NCBI GenBank assembly: GCA_002633005.1
Contig: NMRA01000080.1
Coordinates: forward strand, 587,291-651,290
Direction of reading: 5' to 3'
Source: Phoronis australis
Lineage: Eukaryota; Animalia; Phoronida
DNA: 64,000 nt
In this document: positions 11,418 to 26,400 of the stretch, in pieces
Layout: each line of letters begins with the position of its first letter
How positions within the stretch are numbered: the first letter of the stretch is position 1
The notes under the pieces: model-generated
Told to the model about the DNA's origin: nothing
Databases searched by the model: none
The model's input: the letters and a program-made list of their open reading frames with translations, nothing else
Program-made: the position numbers and the translations under genes

Positions 11418-14400
11418 CTACAACATGATTAGACAAACTTCACATTGGAGATTATGTGAATATCCTCATCTACAACATATTAGGCAAACTTCACATTGGA
11501 GATTATGTGTGACAGTGTAATTATGAACTTGACCTATGTAGGTCAAGTCAAGGTGACAAAAACAAATCATGTAACCCAAACCAACAACAATCCAACTGAT
11601 ATACAAGTGATTTTGGTGCACGAAATATTTTAATTAAATGATTCGTGTATTAAAGATACATTGAGCACTGTATAGGTGATATGACTATTACACTGGGATA
11701 TCCTGCTTCACACAATGGTGAGTGGCGAACGCTCTACGGCAACACACCACTTAATATTTTGGACAAAAATAATTGACGAAATTTTCATTTTTCATTCCCC
11801 AAATGTAGTTTTTGACATCCACACACTGCTTATTATGCTAGAAGTAGACTAAAATTTTCCAAGTATTTATTTTTGAAGAGAAACTTTACAAAATAGAATT
11901 TCACTAGTTAACCATGTTGTGAGCTAAGTGAAGAATAACTGTTGTACTGGATGAAAATCAGTGACGCAGAAAGTGGCAGTTGACAAACTTACTCTTGATT
12001 CTGTCTTTTGACTTCTCCGCAAGTTTTCCATGGCATTTAACTGTTCTGCACTTAGATTGGCCTGAAATACAAACGTGCCACTCTTGAATCCTTTAGTTTA
12101 ATGCATCAATTTTGAGTTTGTAAATGATCATAAGTTCCTGCAATGTTTTGTTTATGCGCAAGTATTATGAAATATGTTCCCTTCAAATGCTACAATGGCA
12201 GATAATACCAAAAAATTATCATCGATTTGTTCATACCACTTCATACCTCTTTCCCACGTGCCAGTCCAGGGGGCACTGCCTTACTGGTGCCTGGGTTGGA
12301 TGGTTGCCGCTGAAATCTTGTCGACGTGCGACCCTGCTGGGCACTTGTACACAAATAGCATGTCCAGTCCTCCTGCTCATCGATCACTTTCAGACCACCC
12401 CGTGCCTGAAGACAAGATGAGTGGTACCCATGACCACACCTGCAGTGGGAAGAGACTATTCATAGTTGCAAAACAAGGTGGCACACATAATCGATGCTTC
12501 CCCTTTAGAACACAGTACAGTAAAACCAATTTTTAATAAATTACAATAATTGTCGAAATTTATCTTTTTTATTTTTCAAAGGCTTCTTATATTGTTGTAA
12601 ATATCAACAACTTAAGTCAAAATATTACTTGGTGGCAGATATTGTATTAAGAAATTTATCAAAAAAATTTCCTAAAAATCAAAAAGTCGCACGTCGGCTA
12701 TATTGTGTCCTAAATTTGTGAGATTCCACCAAACTTCGAGGATGTTTCATTGACTTCCAAAGTAACTGGTTACACAGTTTGTCAGCTGATATTTGAATAT
12801 TCACTTTTCATTCCACCTAAGTATACTCATGGCAGCATTGCTGTCCTCATCCCCAATTAGCAGCAAATGAAGGTGTACCTTTGTGTTGACTGGAAAGCTA
12901 TTCCACGTTTTGCTCAGAATTTGCCATCCATCATTTCTGACAGTCATATCTAATATAACCACATTCAGCAGGCCTCCATAGCACACTTTCAGCATTTCAT
13001 ACTAACCACATCACATTCATTCTTCACATAACAGCGATGATTTCATTTTCTGCCGACGCCATGCTGGCATCTATCACCACAGCAACAAGGAGAAAAGTTG
13101 CACCCACCTGAACACTATCACGGTGTCGCCCTCTGTTGTCATGTCAAATGTCTTCTTGCACAAATTACAGTCATCTTCGCGCGTCACATAGCCTCGCCTT
13201 GCAGCAGTCTGTAGACCAGCCAGCTGCGTGTGTAGATCGTGGTGCAGCAGGTTTATACAGGTGTGACGTAGAGTCTGTAAATCAAGTGTACCTTGTGCTT
13301 AAATCAGCAGGTCAAGTTGGTAAATGGCTGCTGCAGAGGAGGGCGAGTGATTTTTTGACAATTTGAACCATGTTCTGATATGCATTTTAGGACCAGCATT
13401 TACGTTGTATCAGGTGCGGTACATAGTTGAAGAATTTTGTTTAAGTTACGGCGAAAGTGCAGAAGTAAACAATGTGAAAAACAAGTCAGACTAAATCATT
13501 TCAACGCTAATAAAAAAATATGCTTTGAAATTCTGCTGATTCTTAAGAAGAAAATAAGTTTTTTGAAAACTGATATTACAAGGCGTTGGCTCACGTGATC
13601 TAGTCAGTATTTTACCAGTACATTACCCCCAAACAATTGCCGAGTAGTTGGAGGAACAATAGGTGGCACTAGAAGTCGCGGAAATGTTTGATTTCTCATG
13701 TATTCCAAATCATAAAAACCCCACGACTAAACTCACCTTTTCATAATTACACGTGTCTAACATCCCCAAAATGAGTTCTTTAATTTCACCAAATTTTCCG
13801 GTACTGTATGACGGATCCTGAGAAAATTTGAGATGACAATGATAAGTATTTTTCTCAAGCTACACTTTCAGGATAAGTATCGAGAGAAACGCAATCATGA
13901 GTCAGAGACAACATAACGCCTAACAAAGAAAACTAACATTGACTAAGTTTTTAGTATCAGTTGTCTTATTTCTGTCCTTAAAAAGATACTAAACCCAGTT
14001 TTGATGATTTCAGCCGATCTTCGTCATCTGCTGATGCATCATTGGCATCAATATACCCAGTTAAAGGCAGGAATCAACTAAAAACTCGTACTCCCTATCT
14101 CACAGATTGGACATTAAAGTCCTTGGTGGGTTGTCTTTTCTCACAGTTGCGTGCAATTCGCTAGAAGTGTAGGTAACGCTTTCTCGCATTTAGCAGATTT
14201 GACGGGAGTTTTCAAATTTTCCTCCAAAATTTTGAGGGTTGTCCGGGTTACAGAGCATTATTTTGTTTCAGACAACTGGATGGTAAAGTCATTTTTAGAA
14301 TCTATCAATAGAACAAAACCGGGTTTAGTGTCCTTTTAACTTATTTTGTTCTTAGTGATTTAAAAGAAAGTAGGTTTGACAACAAACTGCCAAAGGTGGA

Positions 14401-17400
14401 CAACTTGGGCTTCCAGTACCTTGAGCAAACAAACCACTGCTGATAACAAACTGATGCCTTGATAAAAAATAAACACATAGAGGGCTTGGATAAATGTAGG
14501 CAAGGTAGATTTTGGAATCTATTTTTCAAGCTACTGCTTCCTTGTGCACATTTCAGAGTAGCCTGGGAGCAAATATCAGATCTCTTGCCAGTCTTAACTG
14601 ATGTGACCGACACTGGGATAAAAGCAGACGTCAAAAACAAGCTGAGAAATTTGAACAGGCAGGTCTGTAGACGTTTCTCATTAATAAAAAAAATATTGTG
14701 ACTATTGTGTGTGCACACGAGTTAGGTGTTGCATCTGCCACAAAACAGTATTTTCTCTTTTTCAATTTATAGCTAAGTACTTTGCCAGTAAAAACTGGAG
14801 GATAACAATTACTGTGGCAGTTGTTTCTGAGTTAAATAAAGAATTGCGTGACTGTACGGGTCATTGGGAACTAGGTGGTGTCACTAGGTTGTAAAATGGA
14901 CTTGCCTGCATAATCTTCTGCAATATGGCTGGCGGCCCGATGTATCCCATCATGCTGTTCAGGACATGTCTCGTCTGCTCTTTGAACACTAGGTAAGACG
15001 AGGACACGTATTGGTTTTCACAAAACATGGCAAGCAATGTGCACTGCTCAATAAGTGTGACAAACGCCATTTTATGCTAGTTTCGTAAATCGTGTCTGCG
15101 TTACTATAAACTAGTACATTTCTGCATGGTCTCCAAACCAAGCAGCAGTTAATGTCCCATAATGCACTGGTATTAAAGCAGAAAGCAACCATTTCTGGTG
15201 TTATTAAAAATACAAATGGCGGGTTATGATGGAGAGACATTTATCAGCATTAATTACAGTTAACCTTGCCCTTGTCAACCATAGAAAAAAAGACATATAC
15301 GTTGAGCAAACACACAGACTCAGACTCGGTAATGAACACATTCTCTGTCGGCCATTGTGTTTACTCAATATAAGTGGATACACACACAAGATGCAGGTGA
15401 TTTTCTGGACTATTTACAACGCTTCTTGATTATTATCGAGGCCCAAGGGCACAGCAGTTAATGCTGAAAATGTCTCCGAGACAACCATGGATTCATATTT
15501 CAAGTGAAGTTTATGTGAATAGGGATTGCTTCCCCTTTAAAACGTCATTTTGTCTGATGAGCACCTTAAAGCATTTTTATTTATTATGAACAATTATTAT
15601 TACTCTGTAGACTGAATCGAGTTCACTCATTGCATCTGCTGCTATATTTGCCCGACAAGTTTGACCGAAGTTTCAAAACTCCTTTCATCCAATCATTAAG
15701 CTGTATGTGCCTATAAGATTTCTGGATTCACGGCGTTCTTACTTTCTGCCTGGTCCTTGTCAATGGTCTTCACTTTCCGTTGCGGCATCATCATCGACTC
15801 CAACAGGGGGAACCACAGTGCCTCTCGTTCTTTCTCATTGATCCTGGATGAGCTGCGTTGACACAGCTGTATCACTACGAGCAGATTAGCTTTCATTGTA
15901 TCCACGGCCAGAGAGATGTCTGTAATATAGAGATGGTATGGTGAGCAGGAAGGCTGTAGTGCGATAGCTGTAGCAAATTTTAGAGTTTAAGCAATACCAC
16001 ATTTTTTCCTTAGCCATTATGTAAGTCTTGTCCAAACATGAAGCTTTTTCGCACAGGGATGGGAAATTTTGCTTCATAAGGATTCGTTTTTGATGTATTA
16101 CATGTGAGTTGACCTCAGAGTATCCAGTTGATATCCAGTCAGCTGTCCTTCATCATTTTCAATCAGTCAAATATCCTTTGTATGCTTGCTTAAGTATGGA
16201 AGTGTAGCAAATACTAATTTCCATCTCTAACATCTATTAAGCTAAGCAACTACAATGCGTTACTCTCAATGCAAAAGACAGATTTGCAACTCAGACAGTC
16301 TGCGTCTATAATAATGACTTTACCTCGATTTGACTGGCCTTCGTGACCTTGCTCAAGCATGACAATGACATCATCGACCTTTGACTTGAGATTTTCAAGA
16401 AGGATGGAAAACGCCCCTAGTATGTCGCCCGACTTTTCTAGTAAGTAGGCCACGGCATCAGAAACCTTGTGCTTTCTGCAGATCTAGATTGAACAAAGCA
16501 AACCAAGGATATTTACGTGGCCATGATGTCAGTTAAAGTTGCTGAATCCGACTTTGGTAAACAGATTGTTAAAGGGGAAAGCAATATTATTTGTTATGTT
16601 ACGTTCTGTAAAATTACAGATCCCTGGTTGTCTTGGAAACGCATTTTCCCCTATAGTCACTATTTACTATTCATTACACATTGCTAGACCTCGAGTCATG
16701 TAGCCAGTACTTAGCTTGGTTTTAACTATTAGTAAACCATGATAAAACTGGTTCCAGGTGATCACTGCAATGGGATCACCTGAGCGGCCTGCGCACATCT
16801 GGTACAACGTGTACCAGACCACCTGCATTTCTCCTTCATATGTACTAATAACATTTCTCAACAGTTGACAGACATTGGCCTGAACTGTACAGTGGTTATC
16901 AAACAATACAATCTCCGGGATTATTTGTATTAAAGATGTCGACCTATTGGAAAATGGATATGCTGATGCAATTTGCTTAGCTGTTACAATGCACTTGTCT
17001 ACCAGGTATTTTTATGCACCGATGAGACGTGCAGTGCCAAAGTGAAGGATTACGTATCACAAATGAACTGCAATAGGACGGTCCCAGATAGATATCGCCT
17101 TTGTTCTTGGCGTAGGAAAATGTCCAGTTACATTGGTATCACTTTAGAAATGTTAGGAATCTTGTCAGAAAATATCACATCCATCGTAAGCTTATCTAAC
17201 TTTCTCTTATCAGATTCGCAGACCACAGCACAGCAGTAAAACTTTGCTAGCATTGGAAAGATAAATGCAACAAATGCAGTCGAGAAAAAATGGAAAAAAC
17301 GCAAACCACCAAGAAATAGCGTGAGAAAATCCAATGGCCCGAAAACGAGGCCAGAGAACTGCTTGATGGATGTAGAAGCATTGTGGGTAAATACTGCAAG

Positions 17401-20400
17401 ATTGTAATCCAGGACCGTCCTAGCATTACCTACCGGGGTCGGGGTTCAGTTTGGTTGAACTTACCTCAAGTGTCTGTTCTAGTCTGTAATCCTCAGTGCG
17501 AAGAATGTAGTGGTAGACCATGGAAGGCTGGTACTGGCACATTAACTCTATGTACTTCTCCTGAACCTCGGGTTTCATTGGCCCCTGCCTATCGGGGTGT
17601 AGTGCACTGCCGTTAGACTCTCTGAAACATTTGGCAGCTTGGTCATTGTCTGTGTAGATTTTCATTTTGTTGTATTAGTCACTTGGGGAGAACCAGTTTT
17701 CTCCAGTGCGTAACTGGCTTCAAACTGGTTCTCAAAATCTGGGACCCCTGTAAGTGACTGTGGCCCATTTTTCAGTCAAATTTAATTGCACTTGGGAATT
17801 ACATAAATGTATCTCAGGACTTTCTGAGAACATAATTTTTAGAACTATGAGCTTTCCACTACGATGTAGATGGAATACCAAAATGGTGAAATACTCATAT
17901 CGCCCATGAGGCTTTGCAAAACAGTTTACCTGTATTCAAACAAGCCCTTCAGGAATTTAAACAAAATCTCAGGTGTCGACTCCAGACTCTTCATGATGTC
18001 ATCCAAGCGATCGGGAAATCCATGAATGACGAGTTCTGCCGTGTCTTTCTGGTTGATTGCAATTAGGTCTGCCAAGTGTTTCAATGCCTCATCTTGTACT
18101 CCACGTTTCTGCTCAGGGGTGTAATCTTCACCGAGTAATATACCTTGGATGTAGGAGAAGGCCTGGTGCTGGAATTATATCGTACAAGGTTACAGGTGTG
18201 GAGTCACAATGATGCCCAACTAACAGAACAAATAAAATGATTGGAAATAAACTAAATCCATTTTGTGGAAGTAAACTCAGTTGCAGAAGAAATCAACGAA
18301 TTCCACTCTCAGCGTAATCTTGTAAAATGTGAAAGAGAAATTGAGGCTCTACTCAGAAGTTTCAAAATTACAAATGTATTCCAAGCAAATGCAGATCCGG
18401 CTTTTTAAAGAAAATGTTGCGATTTTCACAAAGTCCAAATGAACAGACTTCACCTTTCTGGCTTCGTCCCTCCAGTAACAGGACAGAATCTTGTCGAACT
18501 CCTGTCGCTTCTCATAAAGCAGCTCACACACACGATAACTACAAAAAAAACATTAATTTTCGTTTAAACTTTGTTATCTGTCAGCTGGTGGAAGATATTA
18601 CTAAAAGTTGAAACTAATAATTTTTGCCATTTTTACGTGAAAGTTTGGTAGAGACGCAATAATGATTCATTGCCCGATACTTCACTTACATTCTCATACA
18701 CCTATTACCGTACTCATCCAGGTTCCTGCCCATGCTCGGCTTACAGCCCACGCGGTTTTTCAGATTCCCAATTTAAGTGCCCTTGGCAGTAACCCGGACG
18801 AGTACGGTATGCTCTTCATAAATGAACTCGAACAATCTATTCATTGTCAATTCTGGAGTTGACAAAGCCGAAGGTCATTCCAGATGTAATGGCTGGAGTT
18901 TCTAGTGTAGCAATACAATATACACGTTATCATATTAACTACTCCGCATAAGTGGCTTGTGAAAACTTACAACTTGGCCGTCTCCGCCAGGTTCAACAGC
19001 CTGTTTTCATCAAACTGTTGCAAGCCGCCAGCCTGAAGCAGCTCCATCAGTGCTTGCTGTCGCTCCTCATGCCTCGTATCGTCACCTGGCTGTGACAGGA
19101 ACTCCAGCACCTGGTCATGAGAAAACCAAACCAAACCAATAAAACTGACATCAGGAATAAGGTCAGATTTTAAAAAAAAAGTTCGGTTCGCAGGAGAGTA
19201 CAAGAATTCTTGCACGTGAAGGTTAACAGATAATGGTGATAGTGTATTGAAGCCTGTTAACCTTTTTACTGTCTCTGATGCAGCCTTCACATGGCAACTT
19301 ATAAGACAGATCAGACACCAGATTAGTAATCTTCGCAAAGTATACAATCATGTGAACGCTTTTTAGAAGTCTGATGATCAGCCCTAAAACCGGCAGACTT
19401 AATTAAAACATAATCTCAAGTCCTATGTCTCACTTTCGTCTCTTAATTAGATTTTAATTACTCTTCTTCATCAGTTTGTGCTCTTTACTGTTTGCAACCT
19501 CTAACCAAAGAGTAAATATCCAGAATTTTTTGCCTTACACAGCACAAAGTAACATAATACCTGTTCAAAAAGTAGTCTATTGACCACAATCGTATTTTCA
19601 TGCCTGGCCATTTGCCTGGCAAGGAATGTGAACAGTATGCCGACTTGAGATGGTGAGAAACCAACGTTCTCCACCATAACCTGTAGAAGGATGTCGATGA
19701 CACGCTGCCGTTTAAGCACCCTGAAAAAACCCACGAGGTCAATGCAATAACGTGTAAATAACAGAGACTACAAAACCTAGTGCATAGTCGTGGCAGAAGT
19801 AACTTTTGGGCTTGGAGACACATAAGTTGACTTTAAACTTTGGTGAACAATGCCAAAAAACAACACTTCACAAACCTTTTTTATTGAAATCATTTGCATT
19901 TATCATGATAACAATCAACATTGTAGTCATATGTTTACTGTTAGTGTAAAAACTGCAATGGAATCATTGCAACATCTTACTAAATAACCCAATTAAGGCA
20001 GTCGCAGAAACTTCTGCATGATAAGATTAGTAGAATCTTGAATTGTCAAACTGTTACACTACATTGAGTTGGGAATGAAAAACAGGCCTGAAAACCATTG
20101 GTCTGGACACTGGACATATTTCTTCTTGAGTAAGATATTGTAAAAACAACCTCATTAATTATGCCGTCTGGGCTAATGTTCCCACATGTATATTTTTGTA
20201 TTCAATAGGTGGCGCTAATGACTAATTATACACTTCTGCAGGTGGGATTGTTGTCACACTAGTGCCACCTAGTGAATTCTAAGTCACCAATGGAATGTGA
20301 GTCTCCTAACTCATTAGTAGTATCTGACTAGGACGAGACTGCTCACTCACCCTTCTGTTGTATTGAACTCGGGTTCTTCGAATGCCAGCGCCAGGACGTT

Positions 20401-23400
20401 GAGAAACTCACGCGTGTCAAACTTGAGCAGTGTCTGTAAATGTGGAAACGCCGGCTCGCCACTGTCGGCATCACGTGTGTGTAGACAAGTGACGCACTGA
20501 AACACCTGTGTGTAGACAAGAAAGAATGGCAGGTGGGCAGAACAACTTCTTTCAATTTTTATGGCCATCAAGAGAATTCCTGGCATTTTCTTGCATAGGG
20601 CTATATAGGACTACACAACAGATGGTGTGCCTTACCGCACCACAGATGGCGTGCCTTACCTCATCCTTAACTTTAATAGCCAAGTCGTCAGCAATATCCC
20701 CCAGAGGGTAGGCCCGTCCAGCAAGGCAGCAACTGTATAAATAAAAGACTGCTTGATCGTGGATCATAACAAACTTGAGGTGATTTTTCTGTATAAATTG
20801 ATATTCATTGATCCGGCTCGAGAGAAGTGTATTCACGTAGTATTTTAGTCACATGTTTGGTATCAGTCGAATTCATTTGATTATCAGCAAAGCCAAGTAT
20901 TAAATTTAAAAACAATGAGTACCAACTATGGGGAACATTTTCTATGGTTTTACCTGATGTAAACGAGTATCTTATTCCCGAGTTTGATCTGGTCATCTGC
21001 TAGTTGTTTGCCAGATCTGACTGCCATTCTTAACACCCTCAGGAGCTCTTCAAGAGGGGACGTGTAATCATTCATGCCTTTGTTGTATACATATAGGATG
21101 GCATCGTAAAGTCCATTTTGCCAGCATAAAACAACAATCTGTAATTAGTTTAACATAACATTTCAGAGTGTTGGTAGTACTAGTTACAACACGTATCAGT
21201 CAAAAAGTATTTTGGAATTTTATCACCAAATCATTTCTTTTTCTACATCATGATTATTGACAGCTTTTGACACTTGATTGGCTTGAAATATCACTTTCTG
21301 GATAGATGTCGTTGCCAACCATTCAACCCCTACTCATCAAAACTGACTCCACATTTGACACAGGCCAAATAACAAAATCTGAACAATAATGGCATTCCCA
21401 TCCTTTCAGATGTATTTCTTGACTTGTGGCATCTACAAGGCATTTAGCTATAAATGTTCAGGGTAGATATTTCCATCTACACCCCCCCNCCCCCTTAGAA
21501 TGGACCTGTTCCTTCCTAACGTATGTCTAAAGTAGACACATCAACTATACATTTTACTAATTTTATATACTAAAGGGTAGATACTTCCAATTTCCATCTT
21601 CACTCCCCCCCTTAAAGTGGGTCCATTCCTTCCTGGTGTATTTCTAAAATAGCCACATCAACTAGACATTTAGTCATTAATTTCCTGCAATAGGTAGATA
21701 CTTCAAATTTCCATTTTCACCCCTACCTTAAAGTGGACCCGCTGCAACCTGGACCAGCCCCATCTTAGCTATAAATTTCCTACAATAGGTAAATATTTAC
21801 AATTTCCATCTTCACCCCTACCTTAAAGTGTACCCGCACCTACCTGATGTATGTCTAGACTGGCCACATCAAGGTGCACCACACATGTCTCCACCGTCTG
21901 TAACCAGTCTTTAGCTGTGTAGTGTTCCACAAAGTCCTTCATAACAGCTGGTGTGATAGAGCGCAGCTTGTCATCCAGTATGTACGGCTCTAGACACTCC
22001 AGGAAGGTGCCCTGGGCTATGACGTCCTTGCTGAAACGCTCGTAGATACGGCCAAAGAGAACATCGCTGAAAATTCCCAGCAGTAATGAGTGAAGTCGTC
22101 GAGTCACAGATTACTGTTTATTTCATCTAACAGAGTACACAAAATAATACACGTGCCTCCTCGCAAATCAAAAACATTTTGCGCAAGCAGAATCATTCCC
22201 AAGCGGGTTTTTTGAGTAAAAAGTGGTGCTTTAATGTCACTTTAAAATTTGTCATTTTTAATATAAATGCTACTTTAAGGCACTACTGTTTAAAAAAATA
22301 ATATAGTATGTCCACCAGAACAAATTCCTTTCAATTTTTATTAATATAATTTTCAGCTCAATGTTTGTTTCTGGGAAATTTTTGCAGTTAGGACAAACAA
22401 TCCTAAAATCTTTGAGACAACACAACATTTAGGTCTAAGCAGGTCACCAATACAGAAACGGACTCACATTCTCTGCAGATGGAGACAGTAGTCCACGCAG
22501 ACTGGCACCACGTTCTGATAATGTTCCTCCAGAACTTCAATGCGTCCACTCTCCGGGCATAGCTTAGTCATGGACAGGTCCACATAGTTGTACAATAACT
22601 CCAACATCTGAAGTGATAAATGTGCATGTAATGATAACAGTCTGTACAACATCTATGAAATGTAAAATGCACTTTTTGACAGCCATTGTCCATAGACGAC
22701 ATTGTTTGTTTTGCGTCTCCCGCATTGGAAGTATCTTACTGGGTCTAGTGCGTTTGCTCGATGTCGTTTGACGGAGTTGTGTTACGACTCTCAATGAACT
22801 TGCTGCGTTATTGTTAATATAAAGTTGCGCGTTCCACGTATTGTTGTCTCCACTCATTTCCCAAGCCTGACGCAAAATTAATACTCACAAATTACGACAA
22901 CTAAGTGGTGATGCATACAAGTTACAGCGTGTTGATTCTAGTACTTAACTACGTCATTTGAGTTTGATTGGACTACACCCTCGTGCTGACTGAGAAGTAA
23001 CCTTCATTTGTAGTTAGTACTTGTCATACCCTACGTATGAGCTGAAGAACAAAGTACCCTAATTCTAATCCAACTCGTAATCTAAAAACATTCCAAGATC
23101 CATTTAGGCTTTTGCAACACCATTTACTTGACTTGCGGCAAAAAGTTTTCAAATAGGGACACAGTACGGCGAACACATGAAATTTAATTTCTTGTCAAAT
23201 TTCTCAACAAACTAAGTTTTCAGCAAAATTAACTTTGCTTTTAGCATGGTTTGCATTGAATTCTGCAACAATATGGTGAGCCTCTGAAAAACAGAAATAT
23301 GGCAAATTGTGTCATTTTCATTTTGTTGTCACGTTACAGGTTACTTTCCAGTACCAGACCAGTCCCCACAACAGTGGGTAGTTACAAGAACTTCACCTTC

Positions 23401-26400
23401 TTTGCTACAGTATCTTTCCTCCTTTGCACGCCACCCAACAGTCCGACAACAGCTTTGGCCTTCTGGTCATAAAACGACTTTGCTAAGGACAGCGCACCCT
23501 GGTAGTCATACTCTTTGACAAGAACTTCTATTCGCTGCAACAAAATAGTAAGTGTACGTTAAAAATTGAACCTTGCATTGCTTTCAAATTTTTTTAGTTA
23601 GACGAATGGCAAATTTTTTTATGAATTAAAAACGTTAATTCACAATGTTGAAAATCATTTACTGACCAATATCTTCATCGACCAAATCTTATTTGTTTAA
23701 AAAATCTCAAAAAGGCCAACCAAAATTTTAAGCGAAGTTTCAAAAATCAATATGTCGTTAAGTAGGTCACGACAAAAGTGACAACTTCAAACATGAGAAA
23801 GTCAAGTTTGCAGCTGCAGTGAATCGCATTTCCTACACCACGCCAAAAATACAGTCTAAGACGAAAGTAGTTGGACCAACAAAATACCGTTTTCCCATCA
23901 TGCAAGCTAATTCAGCAAACATTACTGGTAAAAACTATTAAAGAGGCAAAATTCTAATTACATATTAATAGCATAGCCACCTTAGTAACTTTTCTGTTAA
24001 TTTCCCATCATTCTCAGTCACAGGGTAAGACTAAGCTGATGGTAAATTCGGCTTCTACCCAGCCATCATGTCGCGGAATTCCAGGTCATTTTGTCTGAAT
24101 ATTTTTGGCATGCACTGCCCTTTTAGAGACCTTGCACTGGAAGCTCAACAAAACATGATCGCCTACCATCTTGTTCACCTGAGATACTTACCTCCTGCCA
24201 AGTCCTCATGGAGAGTACCTGCACCACCTTTGTGCCTAGTATTAACACCTGTCCATTAGCACCCATCACGGACTGGTAGCAAGCATGGTTGCCTGCACAC
24301 GCCTGTAAATGGACCGTCATGCATTAGGGGTTCCGGTTACTCATTGGCAGCAGCATTAATAGTTGAATGAGACACATTCTTATATTTAGAAGTGGACATG
24401 GATTAGGAATATTGGTTGCAATACTGCGCTTTGTAAGCCAGTGTGGTACAAATCTGTTAAATGCTAAAATAGTATTTTCGCTCATTTTGATGCACGGTGG
24501 ATCACAGGCTCTTTGATAAATACTTGTTTATGGTCACTCAGTGAAAGCCACTTATTATCAATTCAATTTTTGAGATGATTTAGGATTTAAAGAAGATCAA
24601 AAGAATTGTGACTTTCGATTTCATTGTGTTGTATCAATTTTGCTTAGCAAATAGCAACATCACACTCCACTGTACTACTTGTGTGCAGCAAATCAGATCT
24701 AAAGGCAAAGTGTTCACAGGGTCAAAGGGTGGTAGCCAATTTGTTGGGCAGATCGTGAATAGCACATAGTGCAAAAGAATTGATGGTGAATAGTTCTCAC
24801 CCTTCATGTTCAACATTACTGTAGTTTCACTCCTATGTGTGTGCGTAAGAGTCGAAATAACACTGAAATGCCTTTCAGTAAGTGTTTATACATACCAGTG
24901 CCTGGCTGACATTCCCTCCAGTGGCCAGTGACTTGAAGTAACTCGACCCGTACACCAACTGGAGATCACCAATGTCAAGCACCTGGAATAAGTGTACATT
25001 ACATGATGTGTGTGTTTATAATAGCAACCCAACAGATGGAGCTGAAGTTTAAGTCCTCTCTATTCACTGTAGCATCCCCATCTCTTCTTGAGAACAAGAT
25101 GTCACACTGTAAATTGTAACATAGCCGGATTTAGATTTAGGGCGACCGAGGGTGCGGGCCTCCCACCGTCTCTGGGAATAACCAAAAATGAGATAGAGAT
25201 AATGAAAAGGGCATAGGTGTGCTGTTTTAGAGTTATTACAAATTAAGGTTTGTCATCAAAAAATTGTGGTAAGAATCCGCTCACGGCATCCTGGATACAC
25301 CAGTGTATAAGACCTTACTTTGGGGTCCAATCTTTATGCTATATAATAATCTGATTTATATGGCTATTTTGATTTGCATAATTATTTCCCATGATGGTAA
25401 AATTATGCTAAATCTGGTATTTAATTTCAGAATAGTTCAACAACTATGGAACTGAGTGATGCTGAAGACAACATGACTGAGAGTCCACCCAGTGGAGAAC
25501 TGCCATTGTGTGACACATGTAAGTCTGACAACAAAGACAGTGCTGCCATCTGGCACTGTCTGGACTGTGATAAGCATATGTGCCAGTTGTGCTACAATAT
25601 TCACGTAGACTTTGGCGGCGGTGGTGACTGTCGCGTAGTGAAACTAGGGGACCTAACAGAAGCCGTGCCACTCCCCGATAACAAGGACACGTCACACTGT
25701 TCTAATGTCGATGCCCCATCCAGTAACATGCTTCAAGAGCCCTCTGGTGGCACAGAGAACGGAGCTGCTGTTACTACTTTAGACGGAGTAAGCCAGGCTC
25801 AAGATACTTCCGAAAAAACAGTGCCATCCGTAACTATTGCTCAAGTTGTCGTTTCAGACGATGAGAATGAGATTAATCACTCATCCACTCAAGAAACGAC
25901 AGCATCTCCGCATATTCCTGCTGTTGAGGAAACAAGCCAACAACTTGGTTCCCCACCTGAAGATGCACCTGACACCTCCTCCCCACCGGCAGATACACCT
26001 GACACCTCCCTACCAGCAGATGCACCTGTCACCTCCTCCCCACTAAGCGTCAAACCGCAGAAGACGATCCAAGTAAAGAAATCATCGACGCAGCTGCGGA
26101 CGGTCAACGAGATATCTGCAGTAGCCGTAGACAGCAACACCCAGGAGATCTACGTGGTCAGTCATTCTAGCAAGTTGGTGATGCGCTTCAAGGCAGACGG
26201 AACATTTGTCAGGAAGTTTGCATCTCAAGGCGCTAACAAAGTGAAAGAGCCATGGGATGTGGCCATCCTACCTAATGGCAACATAGCCATTACTGACAGA
26301 GAGGACAAAGTGCTCAAGTTGTATAACAACACTAATAGACTGCTGAAGGTATTCAAAGATGTAGCTGAGCCTCGTGGTGTCGCTACTGATCCCATCGGCA

